Positions 1-8,518 of a stretch of 64,000 bases of DNA are shown here, piece by piece (position 1 is the first letter of the stretch; every line of letters begins with the position of its first letter). The DNA is taken from the NCBI GenBank assembly GCA_001781125.1, contig MFKT01000021.1:5178-69177 (forward strand), written 5' to 3'. Source of the stretch: Candidatus Kaiserbacteria bacterium RIFCSPHIGHO2_01_FULL_53_29. GTDB lineage: Bacteria > Patescibacteriota > Minisyncoccia > Phycocordibacterales > UBA2100. The notes beneath the pieces were generated by a model. The model had not been told where the DNA came from, ran no database searches, and saw only the letters and a list, made by a program, of their open reading frames with translations. A program made the translations under genes and the position numbers.

Positions 1-31
1 AGAATAAGTTTAAGAACAGAATGACAACATT

Positions 32-1495
32 ATGACCAAGGCACTCTCCATCACAGCAGGCACCATGGTGGCGATGTTCATGTTTGCCACTCCAGCGCTC
101 GCGGCCACATTCACCGTCACTAAAGTCGCGGACACCAACGACGGAGCGTGTGACGCGGACTGCTCCCTGCGGGAAGCGATAGGCGCCGCCAATGTTCTTC
201 CCGGCGCCGACGTCATCACAGTGCCTGCTGGCACCTACACGCTTAGTATCGTTGGCGCGGGAGAGGATCTAAACGCCACCGGCGACCTCGACATCACCGG
301 CGACCTCACAATAAACGGCGCGGGAGACGCAACGACCATCATAGACGCGGGCGGTATTGATAGAGTGCTAACAGTTTTCCCTGGGGCGACCGTCTTCATT
401 GATTCAGTCACTGTTCGGAATGGAAATCCGGGTGCCGGTTTTGGCGCTGCAGGCATCCTCAATGCAGGCACACTAACGCTGACTAACAGCACCGTTACCG
501 ACAACACGGGCGACGATTTCGGGGGCGGTCTCTACAACACTGGCACGCTGACACTGACTGACACTACTGTGAGCGACAACGTCCTCTCGGGCTTCAACGC
601 AAGCGGCGGTGGCGGCGGCATTTTCAGCTCGGGCACGCTCTCCTTGACGCGTAGCACGGTGAGCGGCAACAGTACGATAGGGCGCGGCGGCGGTATATAC
701 AACCTCGACCTGACGGCGACCATCACGAACAGCACCATTAGCGGAAACACCGCACTGAACGGTGGCGGTATCTTCAACAGGGATGGCACCGTGAGTATCA
801 CGCACGCGACGATTACCGGCAATACCGCTTCTGACAACGGCGGCGGCATCTGGAACTTCGGAGGCACCATGACCCTGGCCAATACCATCGTCAGCGGAAA
901 TACGGCGGCGACTCTCTCCGGCGATTGTGCAGGAAGCATTACGTCCCTCGGGCATAATCTCGCCAGCGACGCTTCGTGCGCCTTCGCGGGCGCAGGGGAT
1001 CTCAACAGTACGGATCCTTTGCTTGGTCCGCTCCAGAACAATGGCGGCGAGACGGAGACGCACGCGCTACTTCCCGGAAGCCCGGCCATCGACGCCGTGC
1101 CGCTCGCTTCCTGCACAGTTACCACTGACCAGCGAGGCGTCGCGCGGCCTCAAGGTCCGGGGTGTGATATAGGCGCGTTTGAAGTGGAGGTTTGCCCGGT
1201 CCCACCGACTGGAAGCATACGGGTGAGAGTTTGCAATAGTGGTGCCATCGTCAATTCGACGACCGCGAACACCTTCACAGGCAGCAGCGTCGCGGGAGGG
1301 AGTGCCGGTGGCCGCGGCGGACGCGGGGGAGACGTGGGTTCTGCCGGCAACGAAAACAACGGCGGAGCCGCGGCTGGCACGGGCGGCGCGGGAGGTGGAG
1401 CGAGCAAGGGCGGCACCGTGCAGACGGGAACCGCGTCTTCGTCCGTGCGTGCCATCAACCTATTGAATACCACCCGACTTCGCGTCGTGTGGTAG
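32..1495 (+). CDS. Secreted CSLREA-domain protein with beta-helix repeats, choice-of-anchor-Q-like region and a Gly-rich C-terminal TG-repeat module
   Basis: Signal peptide (..ATPALA-A), literal CSLREA motif, GGGI/N-S-T-I-S-G-N repeats, DPLLGPL..NGG.T.THAL..GSPAID and DQRG..RPQG..CDIGAFE motifs. Confidence 0.85.
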   Translation: MTKALSITAGTMVAMFMFATPALAATFTVTKVADTNDGACDADCSLREAIGAANVLPGADVITVPAGTYTLSIVGAGEDLNATGDLDITGDLTINGAGDATTIIDAGGIDRVLTVFPGATVFIDSVTVRNGNPGAGFGAAGILNAGTLTLTNSTVTDNTGDDFGGGLYNTGTLTLTDTTVSDNVLSGFNASGGGGGIFSSGTLSLTRSTVSGNSTIGRGGGIYNLDLTATITNSTISGNTALNGGGIFNRDGTVSITHATITGNTASDNGGGIWNFGGTMTLANTIVSGNTAATLSGDCAGSITSLGHNLASDASCAFAGAGDLNSTDPLLGPLQNNGGETETHALLPGSPAIDAVPLASCTVTTDQRGVARPQGPGCDIGAFEVEVCPVPPTGSIRVRVCNSGAIVNSTTANTFTGSSVAGGSAGGRGGRGGDVGSAGNENNGGAAAGTGGAGGGASKGGTVQTGTASSSVRAINLLNTTRLRVVW

Positions 1496-1641
1496 TTGTA
1501 GGTGCGGGAAGAGGGAACTCCCTGACAAATTCGTGGCAAGGCAAGCCGATCCCCCTTCTCATGAGGTCTTGTGAATCACGCAAAAGTGTGGTAGAAAACG
1601 AGCCCTCAGAGAGGGAAGACATAGAGACAAGATGAGGAAAC

Positions 1642-4600
1642 ATGAATAAACTATTGTCAACCCCATTAGAAATAGCCCGCCCCAAGGGCCCTTCGGGCGC
1701 GCAAGCCCCGTTAGAGGCAAAGCGCAACATTGTCAGTACGCGAATAACGAAGCCTCTAACGGGGCAAGTGCGGGCGCGATTTCTAACGGGGTCAATCTCG
1801 GTATCGCGTGCTTTGGCCGCATTTCTCGTGGTTGTCCTTGTTTATAGCCCCCTTTCTCCCATCGTTAGTTATGCCCAGACCGACACGAGAACTTTCGAGG
1901 CACAAGTCTGTGAAAGAGACGGCGGCACATGGGACGGTGTCTCGTGCGATATGCCGCCCACTATCGCGTCACAGAGTGATGTAAATGCGCAGGCGTCATC
2001 CGATACGGGAGCCGTTGTCTCATACACGTCGCCCGCCACGCTCGACGACGTAGACGGTGCCGGCACCGCTTCGTGCACACCTCCTTCGGACTCGACGTTT
2101 GCTGTCGGCACAAGCGTGGTAACCTGCACCGCGACCGATACTGCGGGCAACAGCGTGACATCAACTTTCAATGTAATCGTCGCGGATATAACGCCACCCG
2201 TCATCGCGCCTCACGCAGATGAGAGCATTCAGGCAACATCCGATTCCGGCGCAATCGTCTCATACAGTCCACCTGCTACCTCCGATGACGTTGATCCCGC
2301 GGGCGCTGCTTTGTGCACCCCTCCCTCCGATTCAACATTTGCAGTCGGCACGACGACGGTGACATGTACGGCGAGTGACGCTGCGGGCAATGCTGCAACG
2401 CCGACCACCTTCGACATCGTCGTCGCAGCGATGCCGGAGCCCGAAGCGCCGCCAGTCGCTACGACAACTCCGGATACGGGTTCGACGGACTCACCGCAAG
2501 CAAGTACGACCACTCCCCCAACTACTGACGCAACGAGTACACCCGAGACGGATTCGACCCCTTCGAGTGACTCCCAGTCTTCGCAAAATGCTACGACGGG
2601 CACAGCAGGGCAAGCAAGCTCACCGCAAGCCGCAACCAGCACACCTGATACCTCTACCGGGACGAGCACTCCACCCACCACTGGTTCCGAAACTTCGACG
2701 ACAAGTACTTCACCTACGGACACTGTCACCGATATTGATCCGACGACCGCTTCTTCCACAGCTTCCACAGGATCCGGTGAAGTAGCGCCCGAAGAGAGCG
2801 ATACCGACAACACGGATTTCAATAACGTCACCGATGGTCCTACGCCGGACGATACGCAACCTGTTTGCGATATTCAACCAGACCAAGTCGTGGGATGTGA
2901 GCAAATTGCTCCGGATGCGACCTCGATCACCGAAGCTCTGGCGATCGATCCCTTGCTCATGGTGGCGACGTCGACCGACGGCACGGGCTCAAAAGTTGGG
3001 GGCACGATATTTACGGGAAACGCTACTGCTTCCACGACGGTCAAAAACATTCTCAACATCACGCGCTCAAACGTAGATGGGCCGGGTGAGACCAATAGCT
3101 CCAGAATTACCGTGGACACCGACAACATCGGGGACGTCACGACGACTGACGAGACGCTCGCCTATACGGGAGACAACCGCGGGCTCGGTGGTGTGGGAGA
3201 TGCGACCATCCGCACAGGTCGTGCGAACGCTAGCGCGCAGGTTATGAACGTCGTCAATACCAACTTTTTCAACTCCGAAGGCCAGGTGCTCTTTCTCAAG
3301 CCACAAAACGGCGACGGACTCGATTTGCGCGACACCGACCTTTCATACTTCCTCGATGGTGGGGTCGGGGCCTCTCCGACGCGGCTTGGCTGCACCATCC
3401 TCACGTGCCTCAATAGTGCGACTTTGCAGGTGCTCAATAAAAATGTGGGGGAAGTGAACAATGATGTGCACGTTCGCGCTGCGACCGGCGACAACGCCGC
3501 GACATCGACGAGGGATGGGGGGGTCGATATACAGACAGGCAATGCGTATGCCTCCGCCGCCGTTTTGAACCTCGTCAATACAAATTTCATCAACTCGAAA
3601 TATCTCCTTGCTTCATTCGACAATTTCGGCGATGTGCAGGGCGACATCGTGCTTCCGGATGCAACCTTTTTCAATACATTCTTCAAGAACGGCAACACAT
3701 TGCCGGAGATGAATTCGAGTTCGTACATCGTCTCGAATGACAACGACGAGACATTTTTGGGGACGACGACCGCCAACGCGATCACGGGCGGCAATATCGC
3801 AACAAGCACAGGCGAAGGCCACGGCGAGGTAAGAACCGGAACCGCGCATACATCGGCGATGAGTTACACGGCCGCAAACCAGACGTACGTCGGCGGCTCG
3901 TCGGCACGCTTCGTGTTCCATGTGTCGGGAGAATGGAGCGGAGAGGTCAAGGGGCTGCCCGTCGGCATGTCGTGGCGGGAGACCGAGTACGGCATCGAGG
4001 TCTACAGTAACGGGGAAGTCGTCTCGACCGCAGACCCGCAAGGCATTTACAACTCGGCGAATTTCATCGCCTCCTCGGCCAACCAGGCGATCGTTAAGAC
4101 CGATGTCAACGTCTGGGCTGAAACAGGCAGCAACGAGACATTGACCGAGGACGGCACCGGAAACATAGCGACCGGAGACGCGTATGCGAGCGCCAACGTC
4201 GTCAACATGGTCAACACCAACGTCGTCAACAGGAATTTCATATTCGCCGTCTTCAACATCTCCGGCGATTGGAACGGCGATATCGACTTCGGCGGCCACA
4301 GCCCCAACCTCGCGGTCACGACCTCGGTGGAGTCGCCAGCTTCTATCGCGCCTGGGGATTCGATAACGTACCACTTTACCGTCGCCAACATTGGAAGTGT
4401 TGCTCAAGACAACGTGGCACTCTCTACCGCCTATGATAAAGATCTCCTCCTCTATGTGCGGGGCAACGTACCGAGCACGGACACTGCAGCGGGCACGAAG
4501 TGGAACCTCGGCACACTGGGCGCGGGGGAGAGCAGGGTGGTAGACGCTACCATGAGAGTCCTTGCGAGTAACCTGCCGGCAGGCGCTTCGATCTCGGTGC

Positions 4601-5988
4601 CGATTACCGCGGTCGTTGCCGGTAATCTGCGCGACCAAAACGATACCGACAATACTCAAAAAACATTTATTACCGTGACTGCACCAAATACCGGCGGTGG
4701 AACTAATACGGGCGCCGGTTTCTGCGACCCCCGCGATGTGCTACGAAACAGTTGTCCCGCCCCAGCACCCGCTCCGGCACCCGCCCCAGCACCCTCTGGC
4801 GGAGGCGGAGGTGGAGGTAACGACCCGCCACCCTCGAGCGGCGGAGGCAACACTCCGGCACCTACACCACCACCCGCGACTCCACCAGCGTCCCCTCCAA
4901 CGCCTGCGGGAGTCCTCGCAGCAGCACCCTCCGGAGTTGACACTACTACTACCACCACAGCATGGGAACCCAACCCGCAGATAACGGTGGTAAAGACGTC
5001 GAGTATCGCAACGACCACGGCACCGACGAAGGTGGATTATAAAGTGGTCGTAACGAACGCAAAGGATGCAGGGTCGGCGTACCGCGCCTTCCTCACCGAT
5101 ACGCTCTATGATCCGAAGGGTGCCTCTATGTACGATCGCTCGTGGGATCTGGAGACGATTGTGCCGGGCGACCAAATCACCCTTACCTATACCGTCGAGT
5201 ATGCGACCTCAACGATGCCGGGCACTTATCACAATGTCGCGCGGGTGACGGGGAAAAGTAATTCTTCTCTCAGCTCTGCAGTCAATATGACGCCCGTCGC
5301 GGCATCGAGAGACGTCAACATTGTTTCCAACGGCCTTGTGCTTGGGGCCGCCACGTCAACGCCGCAATTTGCAGAATTGAGTATCGCCGTTGCACCCACT
5401 TCCTGCGTGCCCTTGCTCACGAACTTTATGAAGCAAGGGCCATCCAACGACGTCGTTCAGGTCAAGAAGCTGCAGACATTCCTCAACGAGACACAGCGTG
5501 CGCGGCTTCCGGTGACCGGATACTTCGGGCCCATGACGACCACTGCAGTCAAGAATTTCCAGCTCAAATATAAGAGCGAGATATTGGCGCCGCTTGGCCT
5601 CCTGCGCGCCACGGGCAATGTGTACGGCTCGACGCAGAGAAAAATAAATCAACTGAATTGTGGCGTCTTGCCACTGCAATCCGCTCGAGAAAGCGTGGAC
5701 ACTTCGTCTGAATCCACTATTGAATCTCTCCTCGCACAGCTTGCGTCCCTCCAAGCAGTGCTCGCGAGCCTCCAACAAGATCAGCGGGGGCAGGAAGATG
5801 AAGATGTGGTGGCGACAAGATCGCAACCTGTAGAGACGAAGCCGCAGCCCGTGGCAATATCGCAAGCTCCGCAGAATCCTTTTGCAAAGGCCAAAGAGCC
5901 TGAGTCTGCGGCAACACAAGAGAAAAAGAAAAGCCTGTTCCTCACCAGCTTCGGCGGTATCTTTTCAAATTTGTTCCCAAAAAAGTAG
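1642..5988 (+). CDS. Large secreted protein: two HYR domains, Ser/Thr linker, TG-repeat region, DUF11-like Ig domains, Pro/Gly linker, peptidoglycan-binding-like domain
   Basis: 1448-aa ORF; two HYR repeats (CTPPSDSTFAVGT..VTCTA.D.AGN); DUF11-like PGDSITYHFTVAN; V..LQ.FL...TGYFGP.T..AV..FQ motif; the N-terminus contains an in-frame palindromic insertion. Confidence 0.85.
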   Translation: MNKLLSTPLEIARPKGPSGAQAPLEAKRNIVSTRITKPLTGQVRARFLTGSISVSRALAAFLVVVLVYSPLSPIVSYAQTDTRTFEAQVCERDGGTWDGVSCDMPPTIASQSDVNAQASSDTGAVVSYTSPATLDDVDGAGTASCTPPSDSTFAVGTSVVTCTATDTAGNSVTSTFNVIVADITPPVIAPHADESIQATSDSGAIVSYSPPATSDDVDPAGAALCTPPSDSTFAVGTTTVTCTASDAAGNAATPTTFDIVVAAMPEPEAPPVATTTPDTGSTDSPQASTTTPPTTDATSTPETDSTPSSDSQSSQNATTGTAGQASSPQAATSTPDTSTGTSTPPTTGSETSTTSTSPTDTVTDIDPTTASSTASTGSGEVAPEESDTDNTDFNNVTDGPTPDDTQPVCDIQPDQVVGCEQIAPDATSITEALAIDPLLMVATSTDGTGSKVGGTIFTGNATASTTVKNILNITRSNVDGPGETNSSRITVDTDNIGDVTTTDETLAYTGDNRGLGGVGDATIRTGRANASAQVMNVVNTNFFNSEGQVLFLKPQNGDGLDLRDTDLSYFLDGGVGASPTRLGCTILTCLNSATLQVLNKNVGEVNNDVHVRAATGDNAATSTRDGGVDIQTGNAYASAAVLNLVNTNFINSKYLLASFDNFGDVQGDIVLPDATFFNTFFKNGNTLPEMNSSSYIVSNDNDETFLGTTTANAITGGNIATSTGEGHGEVRTGTAHTSAMSYTAANQTYVGGSSARFVFHVSGEWSGEVKGLPVGMSWRETEYGIEVYSNGEVVSTADPQGIYNSANFIASSANQAIVKTDVNVWAETGSNETLTEDGTGNIATGDAYASANVVNMVNTNVVNRNFIFAVFNISGDWNGDIDFGGHSPNLAVTTSVESPASIAPGDSITYHFTVANIGSVAQDNVALSTAYDKDLLLYVRGNVPSTDTAAGTKWNLGTLGAGESRVVDATMRVLASNLPAGASISVPITAVVAGNLRDQNDTDNTQKTFITVTAPNTGGGTNTGAGFCDPRDVLRNSCPAPAPAPAPAPAPSGGGGGGGNDPPPSSGGGNTPAPTPPPATPPASPPTPAGVLAAAPSGVDTTTTTTAWEPNPQITVVKTSSIATTTAPTKVDYKVVVTNAKDAGSAYRAFLTDTLYDPKGASMYDRSWDLETIVPGDQITLTYTVEYATSTMPGTYHNVARVTGKSNSSLSSAVNMTPVAASRDVNIVSNGLVLGAATSTPQFAELSIAVAPTSCVPLLTNFMKQGPSNDVVQVKKLQTFLNETQRARLPVTGYFGPMTTTAVKNFQLKYKSEILAPLGLLRATGNVYGSTQRKINQLNCGVLPLQSARESVDTSSESTIESLLAQLASLQAVLASLQQDQRGQEDEDVVATRSQPVETKPQPVAISQAPQNPFAKAKEPESAATQEKKKSLFLTSFGGIFSNLFPKK
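1661..1791. mobile_element. MITE-like element family A (CCCCGTTAGA..TCTAACGGGG ends) with a nested second copy at 1706-1764
   Basis: Terminal inverted repeats; flanking direct repeats TCAA (1657-1660/1792-1795) and CAAG (1702-1705/1765-1768). Confidence 0.8.
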
Positions 5989-6016
5989 TCGAAGGGGCAT
6001 TACATCATTTCATAGT

Positions 6017-6511
6017 ATGAGAAAGATACTGAACACATGTCTCATACTTACGCTCGCTCTGCCGCTTGGTGCGATGGCGATGAGCAGCCAAAGCGTTAGT
6101 AGCGCACAATCTTTTACGGGAGGCATCATCGTCTCGGGTCGTGCCGCCGTTTCCGGTTCTTCGGACGCCTCTGCAAACATTCACAGCGTCGTTGGTGGTA
6201 GGGAGTCGGGTACTACGCGTGTGGATATTCGAACGAACATCAACGGGGTGGATGTCGTGTCCTCGAGGGAGACGATACGGCAGGGGGAGCGGGTGGAGGT
6301 CGTGGTGGCCACGTCCTCAAAGAATAGTTCCGCATTTGTGAAAGTAAGTGCACACCCACTCGCAACGACTTCAGCGCCTTCACAACCTTCAGAACCCACC
6401 GCGCCGCGCTTCGGTGGTGTCTTTGCGACGACTTCGCCACACACGGGTCCCCAGAGCGCACTGCTCGGCCTATTCAAGAGCCTCTTTTCTTTCTTCGCGT
6501 TCTTCAAATGA
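6017..6511 (+). CDS. Small secreted hypothetical protein
   Basis: ATG 6017 followed by a signal-peptide-like stretch (MRKILNTCLILTLALPLGAMA); amphipathic C-terminal tail like that of the upstream gene. Confidence 0.65.
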   Translation: MRKILNTCLILTLALPLGAMAMSSQSVSSAQSFTGGIIVSGRAAVSGSSDASANIHSVVGGRESGTTRVDIRTNINGVDVVSSRETIRQGERVEVVVATSSKNSSAFVKVSAHPLATTSAPSQPSEPTAPRFGGVFATTSPHTGPQSALLGLFKSLFSFFAFFK

Positions 6512-6638
6512 GGCCTATGGTGTCTCATACTTCCACAAAACCTATTGCAAAGACGGGCCTTCGCCACGACGACCCGCGCTACGCCGAAAGCTCCGGCGAG
6601 GCGAGAGCGGGCTACGGCCCCGCGAAGGCGGGATTGAA

Positions 6639-6753
6639 CCCCGTTAGAAATAGCGGGCTTTCAGAAAAAGATATTCCACGGGTCGGAAATAGAGTATGAA
6701 CTATGCTTCCAACCTCTCTCCCCAGAAAAACGCCCGCCCTATTTCTAACGGGG
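6639..6753. mobile_element. MITE-like element family A
   Basis: CCCCGTTAGAAATAG..CTATTTCTAACGGGG inverted ends, TGAA duplicated at 6635-6638 and 6754-6757. Confidence 0.8.
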
Positions 6754-7973
6754 TGAACCTCAAGAATTTCGTTGTGCCGACGCGCCACCGGAGATCAGCT
6801 TTTGATCTCAAAGAAGCGCGCGTAGTCGCGATAATCCCGACGTATAAGCCCGAGCGGCTCACGACGAAGCTCGTTCTGGACCTCACGCAGTGGAACCCGG
6901 ATATCCGTGTCGTTGTCGTTGACGATTGCACACCGGTGGACTATACCGAAGGCGCTGCGATCTTCGCTCGCATTCGCTCGGTCAGAGATCGCATTACGGT
7001 GCTTCGTACGCCGGTCAATAGAATGAAAGCGGGGGCCCTCAATTACGCGCTGGAGCACATATTTGCGCTGGGGGATGAAGACATGCCCGATGTCATTTTG
7101 AGTTTGGACGACGACATCGTCATCGCGCCCTCTACCGTGCGCAATCTCGTGACCGAGCTTATGAGCTACGATACGCTTGGGGCAGTGTGTTCCCAATCGC
7201 GTGTGCTCAATAAGAATAAAAACCTGCTCACTCGTTTGCAGGGGCTTGAATACGTAGGATTCAATGCGACCCGATTGGCGGACGAAGGTTTTTACCGTGG
7301 ACCGCTCGTGATGCATGGCATGTTGACCGCTTTCCGTGTATCGGCGCTTCGCGAAGTGGGCAGGTTTGCCGAGGGACATCTCATCGAGGATTACGAGATC
7401 ACGACACGGCTCAAGACTCGCGGGTGGAGTGTGAAGTTGGCGGGTTCCTCTCCCGCATGGACAATGGTCCCGGAAACGTTCTCCAAGCTCTGGCGACAGA
7501 GAACCCGTTGGTCATACGGCGGTATTACGGTCATCACCAAGGTTACCTATCTACCGTCGGTCCTGCAGGATCTGATCGGGCACGGTGTCTTCTTCGTGAC
7601 CGTGATCATGATCGGCCTCATGCTCGTCTTTAGGAGCACCAGCACGGTACCCACCCACATCACAGATTGGATAGTCGGGCTCTCACTTCTCCAGCTTGCA
7701 CTCTGGTACGCGTTCCAGCTGTGGCTCATGGGGTTGTACAGGGAGAGAGATAGATATGATTGGATCATACGCGTGAGCCTTCTTCCTGAATTCATATACA
7801 CCAATATACTCACTTTTATCGTGCTGGGCTCGTATCTGTTTCTCCTTTTTAATATGCTGACGCACGCGGTCACGCGTCAGAGTGGGAGTGTCGTACGGCG
7901 CCTCACTGCTTTGGGCGCGGCGCTCTTTGCCGTATGTGGGTATACGAAGGGATGGGGTACGCGAACGAATTAA
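6753..7973 (+). CDS. Processive GT2 glycosyltransferase (PgaC/IcaA/cellulose-synthase-like); start uncertain (GTG 6753 or ATG 6696)
   Basis: VVDD, KAGALN, DDD, ED and QRTRW (QxxRW) motifs followed by C-terminal transmembrane helices. Confidence 0.85.
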   Translation: MNLKNFVVPTRHRRSAFDLKEARVVAIIPTYKPERLTTKLVLDLTQWNPDIRVVVVDDCTPVDYTEGAAIFARIRSVRDRITVLRTPVNRMKAGALNYALEHIFALGDEDMPDVILSLDDDIVIAPSTVRNLVTELMSYDTLGAVCSQSRVLNKNKNLLTRLQGLEYVGFNATRLADEGFYRGPLVMHGMLTAFRVSALREVGRFAEGHLIEDYEITTRLKTRGWSVKLAGSSPAWTMVPETFSKLWRQRTRWSYGGITVITKVTYLPSVLQDLIGHGVFFVTVIMIGLMLVFRSTSTVPTHITDWIVGLSLLQLALWYAFQLWLMGLYRERDRYDWIIRVSLLPEFIYTNILTFIVLGSYLFLLFNMLTHAVTRQSGSVVRRLTALGAALFAVCGYTKGWGTRTN

Positions 7974-7977
7974 TATG

Positions 7978-8110
7978 CCCGGCAGGACAATTTCGAATCG
8001 CCTTGTATGAATATCAATCATCGTATGATAAGAGAAACCACTTCATGGATCTTAGAAAGCTCTCGCAGTTTGCCCTGCGGCAGGAATTATTCGAAATTGT
8101 ACTAGCCGGG
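7978..8110. mobile_element. MITE-like element family B
   Basis: CCCGGCAGGACAATTTCGAAT..ATTCGAAATTGTACTAGCCGGG imperfect inverted ends, TATG duplicated at 7974-7977 and 8111-8114; second copy at 55003-55136. Confidence 0.8.
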
Positions 8111-8111
8111 T

Positions 8112-8330
8112 ATGTTGAATTTTAACGGCGGCACAACGATATCAGGAACGTCCCTCACTCCTCTTGGGATGTATGCAGGGTACCTGCTTATGCATTCCGG
8201 AAATTTCTGGCTTGCGGTGTGTTTTTTGGCGCTTACGAGCATTTATTTTCTCATCGTTATTACGACGCTGTGCCGGTATATCATCAACTATCGCCGCAAC
8301 AGATATTTGCTGACTTACGATCGGGTATAA
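8112..8330 (+). CDS. Small membrane protein, possibly an accessory subunit of the GT2 synthase
   Basis: 72-aa hydrophobic ORF; without the element its ATG would sit 1 nt after the GT2 stop. Confidence 0.55.
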   Translation: MLNFNGGTTISGTSLTPLGMYAGYLLMHSGNFWLAVCFLALTSIYFLIVITTLCRYIINYRRNRYLLTYDRV

Positions 8331-8356
8331 GACGCATAGCCCTACCCTGTCCCTGT

Positions 8357-8377
8357 CACCGAGGCGACGCCTCGGTG
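8357..8377. repeat. REP-like perfect palindrome CACCGAGGCG-A-CGCCTCGGTG
   Basis: 10-bp arms, 1-nt centre; AGGCG(A/T)CGCCT core shared with the hairpin at 14810-14840 beside the Y1 transposase. Confidence 0.7.
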
Positions 8378-8518
8378 GTCTTTACACTTTTCGTGTTGAA
8401 GTATAGCCGTATATACGAGCGTTGTTCTCATAATTAATCGAGACTGCGGTTTTCTACCTGCTCCCAAGTCAAGTAAGCGGGAGCTTGCGCTTCGCGGGAA
8501 GCGATGTATGATGATTGC

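Noticed and set aside
1500-1622. c-di-AMP (ydaO)-like riboswitch suggested by GTGAATC-stem-GGTAG
   Set aside because: Only one partial motif is present; the second symmetric half is not recognisable. An Rfam search would be needed.
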